Made by a program: the position numbers and the translations under genes. Below, in pieces: positions 26,278 to 38,919 of a stretch of 64,000 bases of DNA. The DNA lies in contig OZ316898.1 in NCBI GenBank assembly GCA_973895155.1, positions 14,042,330-14,106,329 of the forward strand, written 5' to 3'. The notes under the pieces were generated by a model. The model did not search any database. It was not told the DNA's origin and saw only the letters and a list, made by a program, of their open reading frames with translations. This stretch comes from Marsupella aquatica. Its lineage: Eukaryota > Plantae > Marchantiophyta. The first letter of the stretch is position 1; each line of letters begins with the position of its first letter.

Positions 26278-27423
26278 GGTGCACACTGCCGTTCCTGTGT
26301 ACAAAATATTGCAACGAAGTCGATTCAGAATTCCTCAGGAGGTGGATGTGCGCGGTGGGATTGTCGGAAGGACGATTGGAGAAGTTCATTATTATGTTGA
26401 ATACTGTGCATAATTAGGTGGGGCCCACAGCATTCATGACTCCGGGAAAGCATTCAAACGTCCTTGTTGCATGTGAGCGAATGTGCTACAGTAGGTGGGA
26501 AACCTTATCGTTGACCCTGCAAGCCCGGGGCCACTGCCTCTAATCCCTCTAAGGCAGTCACTCACCATGTTGAATTCATGCTTATGCTATTCAAATTTGA
26601 AGTTCATGTGTATGGTTTTCTTTCTTGGGCAGCTTACTCCGGGAGTTTATTGACATTTTTGGTTCAAAGTGCATGTTTTTTATTATTGTTGGGACATTGA
26701 AATTGTTGTTGGGCCCTGTCTAGGTCTTTATTTATTTTGTATCCGACCCATCCTTTCTTACAATATGGTCTATGTAAATAGAATTGTCATCCAAGCTTTT
26801 TAATGGCATTCCAGTTCACCAAATGCATACCAGCTAGTTATAGGGGCTGGCCATGACATCAGCCATCTCAAATGTCACAAGATTAGTGTCACACGTACTA
26901 ATTATTGTGTGACCCTGAAATACCCTGCTGCCTCAATCTTACGTGCTCATGTCAATTTGTTTTGGGGTTAAGGACCCCCAATGTACCATTTGAAAATAGG
27001 TCATTGGTTGATACCCCCTTCTTAAATGAAGATAGAGTCCCTGGGTCCTTACTCCGTGTATATTAATGGAACCGGTCCGTGAACGTCCCTCTCCTCCAAA
27101 CCCATTTAGTACTATTTTTTGCCCTTTTAAAAAGCTCTTATTAGTATTAATAAATTATTTTTGGGTCATTAAAAAAGTCCTTTAGGCTATTATAATCTTC
27201 ATCAAAATGACATTAAATATGCTCTTCAGGTGTTACAAAATTGTTTTCATCAAAGAGATTCTAAGTCAAACAAATTGGAATAAACATTTCACATTATCAA
27301 AAGCAAAAATAGGAACAACATATTCTTTATGTACACACTTCCTCGCAAGAAGGTAGGAGTCGAGGCATTTAAGAGTCAAACAAACTCATACAAGTATCCA
27401 AATTTAAGTTGTAAACATCCTAC

Positions 27424-28461
27424 AACATAGTGACGGACCAAACGAGAAGTATGACCACCAAACGAGAAGTGTGTTTTCAATTTCACAAAAAACGGCAAAA
27501 AATCACTAAAATTAAGATCAAAAACGCTATTTTGAGGATGAATCCAAAATCGCATCCAACATCGGATTTCAAATCGAGATACTGTCGACACAAAAACAAA
27601 GAATTGTCACAATCCAGAATTCTGATACACTTCATCTAAAAAAAGTGCAAATTCCAAAACCTAGAAAAACAATGCTTTTCATGTGATCCTTCTAAAAGCT
27701 AAATCCAAGCGTAAAACAAAATGAGTAAAACACAAGATTTCATTTTTGCCATCAAAATGGCAAACTGAAAATGGGATACGACGTATCCCATTTCGGATTC
27801 AACCGTTGAACGTGGACGAAAACCGTACCAAATCATTCTCTTGACGCTTCCATTTAACTTCGGGTTAAAAATATTTGAATTTTTAACTGCGGTAAAACCA
27901 AAAACTGTGAAAAACTGACCGCGGACTACAGTCGACCCACACAGTTAGTTAAGTTAACCCAATGACATGTTCGGAAATTTTTTAGCCCATAACGCATGAT
28001 GAATACGAGATGGGATCCAAGTATCCACTATCGTATTCAACCTCAATGTTTTCCACCTGCAACTTTGCATCAGGAGATCTTTCGACATGAATACTAACTG
28101 AGATCCATGGATCCCATTTTTTTTGCAAGTCCAAAAACTCATCGGGAAAACAGGAGGATGAGTTTGAACTTTTCGCATTGCATTCCTTGATATTCTAGTT
28201 TGAAGACCAACTGGGATCCGCGACGACTTCCTCAAAAATCTACAATTTAAATTTCAGCATTCCTTGAAAAGACAGACTCTCACTTTAAAAAACCCTGTCA
28301 AACGTATTCGTGTCGATTTTTCCCATTTTTTAAATTTGAAAAACTAGTTTGTAGGGGGAATAGTAATCCGGTATGCAAGACTTTTTTGCCTTAGAATTTT
28401 TTTTCGCCGCGGGCAAAACGAGAAGTGTGGTCACACTTCTCGTTTGGTCCGTCACTGTGTT
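27424..28461. mobile_element. Non-autonomous TIR element, 1038 bp, 4-bp TSD (Sola-like)
   Basis: TIR AACA(T/C)AGTGACGGACCAAACGAGAAGT at both ends; TSD CTAC at 27420-27423 and 28462-28465; internal repeats of AAACGAGAAGT. Confidence 0.85.
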
Positions 28462-30234
28462 CTACGCTGTCATCTATGAAAACCGTAAGTCCACATTGCA
28501 CTTAAGTTTGTCCCACAGTTTGTTGAGCATATTCATCATCGTTTACAGGAAAGTCATCCTTTGAGTCTAAAGCATTGGAAAACTTATTACATTTAAACCA
28601 ATTCTTTGATCACTAGAAGTGATAAATATACACCGAGGTACATAAATGACTCTGGATTGAGACTCTCTCTCTATCACTTGTGGCATCATAGAATCCCCAT
28701 CTGACACAACATGCATTGAACAACGGTGTCTACTTGACCTCCTCCTTCTTTGGGGGCCCTACAAGGCCATATATACCTCTACACCGTTTGACATAGAGCA
28801 TCAAAGAGATTGACGGCAGACCATTTTGGTCATCCATAAATGGTACACGAGACCCCCTGAAGGCAAAATTTCCCCTATCCCCCAAAAAGTCAAATGTGTT
28901 TGCACATCCCAAACCAAGTATGTAATGACACGTGGATGAATGAGTTATTGACGTGTGGCACCCTATATGCTTTACCCTTACGTAAAACTACTCAAACCCT
29001 ATTTTTCAGATCACCTTGGTTCATTATAACATGGAACCTAATAAAACAAAGGGTTGTTATATTATAAGTGATTATAATTATTATTCAAAAAATGATTTAA
29101 AAACTCCTTGAGTTGTTCTCACGAATCCCATATTAGTTAAGCTAAGGGCCCAGGGGATAGAGTAATGGCGCAATATATTGAAGTTTAAATAAGTAATGTA
29201 GACTATGGAATATTCCTCTAGGGATATAGTGTAGTCTAATATTCCCTTTGTTAATTCATTTTAGTACTAGTTTGTTTACCTTCATGAAGTCTATAAGCTA
29301 CCAGAGTTTTAGACAAATTAACACAGGAAGAACAATAATTTTCTAGTACTAATTTACAAAAGGATCTAATGTGATAGGATAAGTAATGTTTTTACATGCA
29401 TAACAAGGCATTTTTAATGCATCAAACGATATACATGGGGGGGGGGGGGGTTTGTTCTCAGGGGGGTTCACTTAATGTAGCAAAAGAGGGAGGGCCGAGG
29501 GATTCTACTTTGATTTTGATTTTATAAATACGTACATAATCCACTTTTCAATTCGTCAAACTTTAATAAAGTTTGAAATGTAATTGAGCTTCATTTGTAA
29601 AATGTTAAGTTACACACATCAATTCAGAGTCTATCTGCTTGTCACCAAAAGTAATCTAACTTACTTGAATATAGAATGGCATGTATTTACTCTCGATCAC
29701 TTCTTATATAGTGTCACACTTGTTAATGATGGTCAACCTTCAAAATCCTTAGATTACGGATTATTAATCCTTAAATTACCCTTCCATTGACATATCATAC
29801 TAGCTAGCCTTCATTACCTGTTCTTTGCACAAACATGAATAGAGGATAGTACGTATAAATCATGACAAATGGCATACATGCTTATTATTTGACATACTGG
29901 TCATGAGTTTTCTCATCCACATGATCTACCTTGTAGTTGGCGCTTTATAAGTTCTATTGTTAAGGGACTGAGACAATTGGTACCTACCTAGCTACCTCCC
30001 AAGTTCACCTTAGGATCACGGAACTTGTTATACATGCATCTGCGAACGTGCATGTTTGATTTAATCACTCTCTCAAAAAGGAATAGGAAGGTCACAACCC
30101 ACCAATCATTTATTGACATGTGGCAACCAATGAATTGTGTGATGAAAAGTGGGACTTTTTGAATTGTTACCCCCTTACTTCATCCCTACTTCTAAGCACT
30201 TCCTTACAAATTAATAATGACTGAAACGCCCCAT

Positions 30235-30702
30235 ACTTTGGTGCACATGATGTGAACATTTAATTTGTGGAAGTGACCCGCACCCCCACCCACCCTGAGC
30301 TACCTCCATACTTCATCCTTAAATTAATTAACCTTCCACATATGCATGCATGCATATATGTGCGCAAGTCTTAGGGTTTAGGGTTTAGGGTTAGGGTAAT
30401 GAATAAAAGGCCCCTTACTTCGATCATTTGCACATGATGTGAACATTTAATTTGTGGAAGTGACCCGCACCCCCACCCACCCTGAGCTACCTCCATACTT
30501 CATCCTTAAATTAATTAACCTTCCACATATGCATGCATGCATATATGTACGTGCGCAAGTCTTAGGGTTTAGGGTTAGGGTAATGCATAAAAGGCCCCTT
30601 ACTTCGATCATTTGCACATGATGTGAACATTTAATGGGTGGAAGTGACCCCCACCCCCACCCACCCGAGCTACCTCCATGTTTCATCCTTAAATTAATTA
30701 AT
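30235..30702. repeat. About 185-bp tandem repeat, 2.5 copies, containing TTTAGGG/TTAGGG tracts
   Basis: CATGATGTGAACATTTAA..GGAAGTGACCC recurs near 30247, 30433 and 30617; telomere-like runs at about 30371-30397 and 30562-30581. Confidence 0.85.
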
Positions 30703-31684
30703 ACGCCTGCCTAGCTGTATGTTTGGTCGCGTTTCACAGGACTTGGCAAGGAAATGATAATCATTTCCAATCTTATTTGTATGTTTCTCATATTTATGTA
30801 ATAATATATACTAAGTGCGTGATGACCCCCCCCCCCCCTAAAGAAAAGAAAATAGAGTTTTAAAAAGCAAAATGACCCCTGCCTCACCCAATGCTTTTGT
30901 GTCCCTCCTCTTCAAAAACCCTTATAACTTCACCTTAAAAGCAGGAAAATGTGTTAAAAACTCTCCCCTTGTAAGTCATCATGATGTGACATAAAGTGTG
31001 CCAATGGTCCATATAACTGGCAATATAAGGGCCTAGATCCAACATTTGAAACATGTGGCACATGGCATTGACAAAGTATTGTAGACATTATTATGGGCCC
31101 TGTTTTAGGCCCCTCATCACAAGTTCAGCCATATAGCAACCTCTATAAGATTCAATGTATGTAAGGAAAGCTCCCACAAGTTCAGCCAATGCCTTCAGAA
31201 AATGAAAACTCAGATTTAGGTTAGGGGAAGGGTGAGAAATTTAGAACGGAAGGAGACAAAGTCTTTTTTTATTTGATTTATTTTGCCGCATATTTACTCC
31301 ATTAAAACGTGCCCAAGTACACAAAGTGTCCGCCATGTCTCCCAAGAGAAACACTCCGCGTCTCTCTAAAATGAACGTCTCCCAAAGCTCCGCTTCCGTA
31401 GAGTCAACGTCCCCGTAAAATCAACGTCTCCCAAAACTCGGCCCTAAACTCTGGGTCTCCCTTCTGGATCCTCTACTTGCATTCACTTTGCGCCCCACGA
31501 TAATTTACTTATCTAGTGACCCCTTTGCACAATTTGTCGAGTGTTCTGCAGTCCGGCTTGTCATTTGATTCGCAACCATTGCAGATCGGTATTCGTCCCT
31601 TCCTGAGTAGTGCTTGTGCCCGGCTGAGTGCCTGCCCTTCGCCACTATTGTTTGGATTTCTGCTGGGCGGCTCTTTTCAGAGAC

Positions 31685-32389
31685 ATGGCCACACTTAAAG
31701 ATGTCGTTGGCTGCTGCAATGCTGGAGAAACGAGGACCTTCCCATCGATGAGGGTTTTTGTGGTCAATTTTGATGCTCCAATCGATTTTCCGCGGAAGTT
31801 TCTATACCATGGATGCACTCGCTTCGTGGCACCTGGGTGGATGTGTAATCGCACTGTTGAAGGGTCAAGTCGATGTCCCCATAATTCGGTTGCTGCTGGG
31901 ACCTGGACAGAAAGGTATCGTTTTGAGGTGTTCCTGGTTGACTCTACTATCGGGCCACAGTTCCCTCCAGTGCGAGCTAAGATTTTTGATGCAGCGACTG
32001 ATCTCATAGGGATGCCTCCGCAGGATTTTAGCGAGAAGGAAGACTTTGTCCAGTTTGCTACTGTCCATAGAGCTACAGCAAAGATGGAATGTGTGGACAT
32101 AGTGATCCGCTGCAAAGACGGTGAGGCCATTATTAATTCCTTGTCACCTGTAAGCGATGACGACTGTGAGATCTTGCATTCTGTGGTGCCTACTTCTGTC
32201 ACTCCACGGAAGACAAAGTTGAAGACGGATAGTGTACCTTCAAGTTATCATACTGCACGAGGGAGGCATACAGCAGAATCTTCAAGATCATCTATTAATG
32301 CTTCAGACCCGGCCACGGCGTCGCAGCTTAGTTCTGTTAGATGTAGATTGCAGGACCTGCTTGATAGTTTGGATGCAACTCATATCTGA
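31685..32389 (+). CDS. RPA70 C-terminal-like OB-fold/Zn-ribbon ssDNA-binding protein, 234 aa, intact ORF
   Basis: FLYHGC..CNRTV..RCPH..RYRFEVFLVDST..AKIFDAATDLIGMPPQDF follows the Rep_fac-A_C pattern (Y.AC..CNKKV..C..C..RY...V.D.T...F...A..LLG). Confidence 0.75.
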   Translation: MATLKDVVGCCNAGETRTFPSMRVFVVNFDAPIDFPRKFLYHGCTRFVAPGWMCNRTVEGSSRCPHNSVAAGTWTERYRFEVFLVDSTIGPQFPPVRAKIFDAATDLIGMPPQDFSEKEDFVQFATVHRATAKMECVDIVIRCKDGEAIINSLSPVSDDDCEILHSVVPTSVTPRKTKLKTDSVPSSYHTARGRHTAESSRSSINASDPATASQLSSVRCRLQDLLDSLDATHI

Positions 32390-32789
32390 TGTGACCAGAT
32401 GCAAGCACAACATACGACGGTTTGGCATTTTGGGCAGGAGTCTTTTAGTTTGTAAGGTTCCTACAGGCCATGCAATGACCTGCCATTTTGGTTTGATATG
32501 GCATAACGTGTATGCTTGGTTTGTGGGGCAAGTGGGACCAGAATGTATGTATGTGAATGGTCGACTTATTTTCAATGTGCAATAAAGGGGGGCTCAGACC
32601 TGCATCTGTTAAATGAAGGTTGTGATGTCCACGATGCGTTTGTTAAAACGTACCAGAAAGTAATTGGGTGTTAATCGGCTGGTGTTTAATCGATGAATGG
32701 GTCTCGGCTAGTGTTTAATCGATGAATGGGTCTCGGAAATTTTTCATTTTGCAATTTGTGCGCAATTTCTCAAGGAAAACTTCCAACTT

Positions 32790-34590
32790 CAAACTCTGAT
32801 ACAGGATAGCAAGTAGAACTCAGCCACTATAGCGCTTTTGCGGATCGCAGCGACATCATGTAGTGGGTCATCATAGTTCACGGAGAATTGGGTAAGGGCC
32901 CCTCCCCAATCTCCGGACATCAACAGACCAAAAAAACAGAGAAACACCTGAAACTCATTGGGCGGATCCGCGGCTCCATCGATCCCAACGACCAGGAAGG
33001 GAAAAAAACACAAGCATACAGACAACCGTAAAAACAACGTGACCCCAAACAATACATTTATGGCAGATGTGTTCTTGTTCCAGTAGGTGTTCATTATATT
33101 TATGGAGAATTGATGGGTAATGTATGTAAATGAATAATGGAGTTCGCACTTTGAAGGCCGGGGCAACGCCTGCAACTCAATGAAGAAGTAAGTAATCATG
33201 AAAAAATAGACGACAACTTCCATATGCGTAAAATAGGTCATAAAATTATCTTTTGCGACAACTTACCACTGCATACCGATTGGCAAGGGGGGGTGGACAG
33301 CATACTGGCAAACCGGTTACCTGACAAGGCAACCTGGGCGGTTGCCACAAAACAGGCATCGGCCTTGGACGATGCCACAACACCTTTGTCAGCATGGCGC
33401 TCATGATGTATATTGCTTCAACTGTAATCTCAAAGACTCAAAAAGTGTGGTCTATTCTAAATATCCGAGTTCATTCTCATACTAACCTTGTAACATTAGT
33501 GTTGGAGCGAGCATAACCACAAATACCCCAAACATACCCCTCACATACCTCGCACATACCTCGCACCGGCAGAACAAACTACGTCACATCCACTTCTTCA
33601 CTTCCTCTGATATTAATGCTCTACCTGTTTCATATGACCTGCGTAGCCTGCAAAACATTCCACATACCATATATAATTAATGATGCATGTTGCATGAAAA
33701 TAGATCACGGAGTCTGTATCATTGAACATCCAGATTCATACCTGTTCCATCGATCAGAGCGCACCGGACACGAAGAAGATATATGGTTTAGTTGGTTTCT
33801 AAGGATCGGTGTACAGGGGGTGGCTGGCCAGCCTTGGGATCGGTGAAATCGATGACGAGTTTCAAGGATGCGTAAATGGTACTATAGGATATTTACTAGT
33901 AAGCCCGGGCTAAGGAAGAAGTGGGTGGTAAAGGGTTAGGTAAGATCTGCTTTCACTTTGAAGTATACGAGAACCCTGTATTTGACCTGCGAGCACATTT
34001 CAAACTCAAATCATAAGCAAAAACTATTGCAATCAAAAGAATTGACTCCGAGTGCTGCCAATAATTTCTACCAAATCCAAAACACATTACAGGATATCGC
34101 ACAAGGTGGCATGGGATTTGACAGAGAATTCTCCCACGTAGTACGAAGATCCGCAGGTGGCCTATGGACTTTCACGTTTTGGATGATGTTATCGGGCGCG
34201 AACGTGTAAAACTTATTCTGAAGTTGTCTGAGCTTGCACAGAGGAGGATCGAACACTTAGAGTGGGAGGTGTGAGCTACGGTCAATGACCTCCACTCTTT
34301 AGTACCTTTGGAATTGTTCCCGCGGAAACGATCCCTCTGAAACTGGAGGGAAACTGAGGCCAGCCTTATCTTCTTGGTATCCTATGTAGGGTATTTGCCA
34401 CATAGGCTTCTGATTGATCAGAAGGTCATCGCAGCTGGCGGCTTTACTTTCCCAAAGCGCAGGCTGCGCTAGTCTCCATGGGAATAGTTTGTATCTTGTC
34501 CTAACTTGTCATAGTAATCCAAACTGCGTGGACTTTTGAGTTAGGCCTAGAATAGTAGAGTGAGGGAAAATTTCCCAGCTGTATAATCAT
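32790..34590 (-). pseudogene. Decayed multi-exon gene of unknown function (cargo)
   Basis: GT-AG-bounded segments keep one frame, with stops that could derive from CAA/CAG/CGA codons; Cys-rich segment CCGIVQGRCLFCG; no family recognised. Confidence 0.4.
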
Positions 34591-34972
34591 GACCGCAACT
34601 CCTAAATCCCCGGCCTAAATCGGCTGGATAGAAACAAAATTAGCAATGCGGTTGACGCAATGGACTGCGGATATATCGCATTTTGAAGAGTGACATTATT
34701 AATTTGGACCAGGGCGGTCAGTTCAAAACTGACGAGGACCAGCTTTGAGGCGGGCAACACATGCACTACTTGCCTTGCAGCCTTTACCTCGAACACGCAT
34801 GGGCGGGCGATTCAAACGGACGATGAACCTGCAGCCTTTACCTTCAACACGCGCGGGCGGGCGATTCAAACGAATGATGAACGAGAGAGGCAGTGAGTGC
34901 GCTTGGTGTAATACTCCGTTTTCGTTTTAAGTCCCCCTCTATATTTCACTATTTCTGCTACGCGTACGCCTG

Positions 34973-35030
34973 GAGTGAAGTCGATCTTCAGAGTGAAGTC
35001 GATCTTCAGAGTGAAGTCGATCTTCAGAGT
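34973..35030. repeat. 18-bp tandem repeat, 3 copies (GAGTGAAGTCGATCTTCA)
   Basis: Exact direct copies just upstream of the ATG at 35070. Confidence 0.9.
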
Positions 35031-35069
35031 TTCCTACACTTGATCGACGTTGATTGAAATAGAGTTGCA

Positions 35070-38000
35070 ATGCATGAATGGAGCAGGCTTACGTGTAAGG
35101 AATTGTGTGAAAACATTGATCGATGTTTAGAATCGACAATGTACACTCCCAAAATTGAGGAGTTGGATCTTACTGGGGAAATCTTCTTCTGTATGGATGG
35201 GGATGATTGGCAACTTTTCTTTGACAGTGTGGGGATGAAGACATGGGTGCACAGGAAGAAGTTGAGGAGATGGGTGAATGAATGCAACGGGAGCAGCAAT
35301 ACCGGAGTCACACAGCCATCACAGCTACAGCCATCACCGCTGCAGCCATCACCGTTGCCGCCAATGAAGACACTATCTGAACGTGATACGAATCGAAAGG
35401 AGAGCTCTGGTGAAGAAGAGCACAAGTCTATCAGGCCTGCTGAAAATACCCGCACTCCTGATGCGACGGAGAGAGAGACATCTATGATTGGTTCTACCAA
35501 GCATCATCAAGTAAGTTGTTTGTCTCCCGTGACATTAAATTAGCCTATTGAAATCCATTGCGACCACGGCAAGGACCTCTTCTGATAATCACACGAAGGC
35601 ATCTAATGCAGTGCTCAATGGTAGTTTCTTTGTTTGATTGAATACACGCTGATGTGTGTTTCGACGCTGCTGTGCACAGTTCTATCCTTCGGCAGAGGAC
35701 ATCTTCAATGTGACCAACAAATCTGGAGGACGGTCCATTATGGCTTCTAAGCATGTAGAAGCACACCAAGCTCACAAGGCAAATTACAGAACGGTGAGGA
35801 ATTGGTTTGCGAATTTCGCCGCCGACAAGGAGATATACGAATACCTCAGTGCAGATTTCAAGTCTGACACAAAGACAAAAGAGAATTGTCAATTGTATGT
35901 TCAGAGTAGAATGCACAAACTTTCACCTCTCAAATTTGAGTGTCCAGAAACCGGATCTAAACATGACATGCCTTGGCCAGAAAGCTTCCTGTTTGAGGTC
36001 GTCAAGAACAGAAAGCATGAATGGAGGAAAGGAAATGCAAAAATCAAGGAAGGTACGTACTGACAGATTCCCATTCATTAGTTAGCGCAGTGCCATTGAT
36101 TTTGGCAATGAACTGTGTTCTATCTTTCGCAACTTGGAAATAACCTGGAAATACCCTGGAATTAACCTCAAGTACTTGCACTGAATTTCATTGCAGGTGC
36201 CATCCCTACGGCCCGAAAAAAGGAGCCAACTGATTTTGTAGATATGAAGGTAGAACCAGATGTAGATGAAGCGATTGCCATTGGACATGGACAATCATAC
36301 CCAGAGATTTTTGTGGAACTTCGTGCGTATGCATTCAAGGTGACCTTGGTAGAACTGCAAATGAGAGACGCCGATAAGTCTGTAAGGTATAGGGGGCAGT
36401 ACAGTGGAGAGGTCGTTGGTCGTGGAATACCAGAGAGCGTCCATGTTATTAAGAAAGTGAGATGGTGGAAGATTAAGTTCATGAAGGCCTTGTCTGATGG
36501 TAATCCGTCATTGCTGGCGCCTTACTGGGTGCCATTAATGACACCTTCAAAGGGTCTGCAGATGGTACAGTTTGGGCACTTAAAACCAGTAAGTATGGTG
36601 CCATATACATATATAAATATATGCATTTACCAACCCTAGGTTCATTGCATCGGAATGAATCTGCTTCTCCAGGTTCTGCAGGTTTTTTCATGTTGCCCAG
36701 TCGATATGTATCGAGAGGTAGAGATGTTGAATGAATGTGGTTTTCTACAATATATTTATATTGCAAGATTCCCTGGCACTCATGCACCGTCACTATTGAT
36801 GTGCATGTACATATTGCAGGACATGTCCATTTTTGTTCCGAGAGCATATTGTTCCATGAGTCCCAATCTGGCTCATAAAGTATGCCAATCGTATTCAGGT
36901 CCCTCTCCTTAGGGTTCTGCTGTCTCAGGAAAGACCTCCAAGAAAGTGGGGTTACCAGAGATAGGTCCCTCTCTTGAGGGTTCTGCTGTCTCAGGAAAGG
37001 CCTCCAATGGAGCGGGGTTACCGGAGATGCCTGACGTTGAGGAAAACCCTCTTTCAAAACCGAAGAAGCGAGTGTTGGCATTAGCTGGCCATGAAGAAGA
37101 TGCAGAGGGAGGGGTGGAAGTAGAGCATAGAGAGGAAAGCAAAGCAGATGATGCGGTCAGGTCCAGTGATGGAGAGCCAAGCGAGGATACTGAAGTACTG
37201 GATACCACTACATGCAGCCAGGAGAAAACATCGTCAACATCAACTATCAACTTTGCAAGTTGATTGCTTAACTACATCCACCCAACTTTACATTGAATCT
37301 GACGAGGATGATGAAGACACTAATATAAGGCCTAACGATCAACCGGAACCGGAGGTACGAGTATTTTGTCATCCTAGTTGCGTTCTTATATATCATACGT
37401 ACGTAATTATAATTAAGACACCAAGTTTGCTTTATACTTATTTTTCAGGTAAAAAGACAAAAGATTGAGAGCAGTCCTGCAGGGGGAAACAACCCGCTAC
37501 TGTCCAAGGTATATATCATATATCATTGTATGTATAAGTTTTGTATATTGCAATTATTATAATGGCCTAAAAGTTCTATTGTAAGTGATGTATATGACTT
37601 TGCAATTCATTCTACTTTGAGCCTAGGTTCACCAATATATACAATGATTTGCACATCCACATATGCATGGCAGGTTAAGACCGAGAAGGAACAAGGTGGA
37701 GTCCTTGCAAGCATTCGGGACCTAAATCAACCATTGAGTAGAGCACGAAGAGGCAAGGGTCCGAACCCAGGCAAAGAAATCATACCTTCATTTAGAGCTA
37801 TTTCAACAAAGGTACAGGAGGATGCAAGGGAACGGTTGTTGACCGGCAAAAACATGGTATGATTTCTTATTTCCATCCATTGTAAGCCAGCAGTCTTTAT
37901 TAGGTTGCAGCGATCATTGTGTACAATGTGTAGACAGAAATTGTATGTGTGGAACGTACTCTTGTGGTCTCATTATGTGGTCATTATATATGTACAGGCA

Positions 38001-38500
38001 AACCAGGAAGAAGTTTTGTGTGCTCAAGGAACCTGGTCGACGAGAAGTAACAAGTCCCAGGCTTCTGGAGACTCCAATATAGTAAGCATATACTGAGAAG
38101 TTTTGCACGATTATGTAAATAATCATTTATAGCTTGTCATTGGTGTACTACCATATTTTAAAAAGCTCACCAAAGACTGTAACTTTTGCAGAATTTTGAA
38201 AAGCTCACCAAAGACGCCAAACTAGTATTGTGCATGAGAGCCATGGGTTTGATGAAGACCTGCGAAGTGGAGGCCAAATTGCGCACGTTTGTAGTAGATA
38301 CGAACAAGCGGTCAAAGACTACCCCCAAGCCATTCACCAAACACGCTCAGAAGAATGCATCAGAGTTATTGGACATGGTGGCCAGGTGGATTGTAGAGCA
38401 GAATGTAGTGATCGTTACACATCTTCCGGCTTTAAATGCCGATGGCCAACAAAGGATCTTCCCTGAAAATGCTATGAAGAAAGCCGGGGAAGAGGTATAG
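35070..38500 (+). CDS. Multi-exon cargo gene with an N-terminal SAM-like domain; the rest is unknown
   Basis: EWSRLTCKELCENI..YTPKIEELDLTGEIFFCMD..SVGMKTWVHRKKLRRWV resembles SAM (W..V..WL..Y...F....IDG..LL.L....LGI...GHR.KI); further exon-like ORFs at about 35680-36052, 36198-36588, 36910-37255, 37673-37856 and 38193-38500 with GT/AG edges. Confidence 0.6.
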
Positions 38501-38632
38501 TACTCACTACATAGATAGCATACCTGCATCGCTCTATGAACGGCACAAGCTAAACAGGTTATGAATATGATTGCATTATATATTGACCAAGGGCCACCAC
38601 TACTTGCTTCGTGTTTCACATATATATATACA

Positions 38633-38664
<32 letters not shown>

Positions 38665-38919
38665 TGGGAGTTGCTAACGTACTTAGTTTCTAATGTACAA
38701 ATGAATGCTACTTAACTCATTGTGATCTTATTTACAACGCTATGAGGAAATGATTCAAAACCATATTAGAAATTTGATTTGCGTAAGCTGGGCCCAATAA
38801 AGAACCTTACATTCACGATACCCATCGACATTTCATGGTATTCATTGGCAATATGACTGGATGGTTTTTGATGCAATTCATCTTGGGACGCCAGACATTT
38901 TTAATACCCCATTGGTAAT

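Noticed and set aside
30371-30581. True telomere or chromosome fusion site
   Set aside because: Only 3-4 repeat units, one orientation, embedded in a tandem unit
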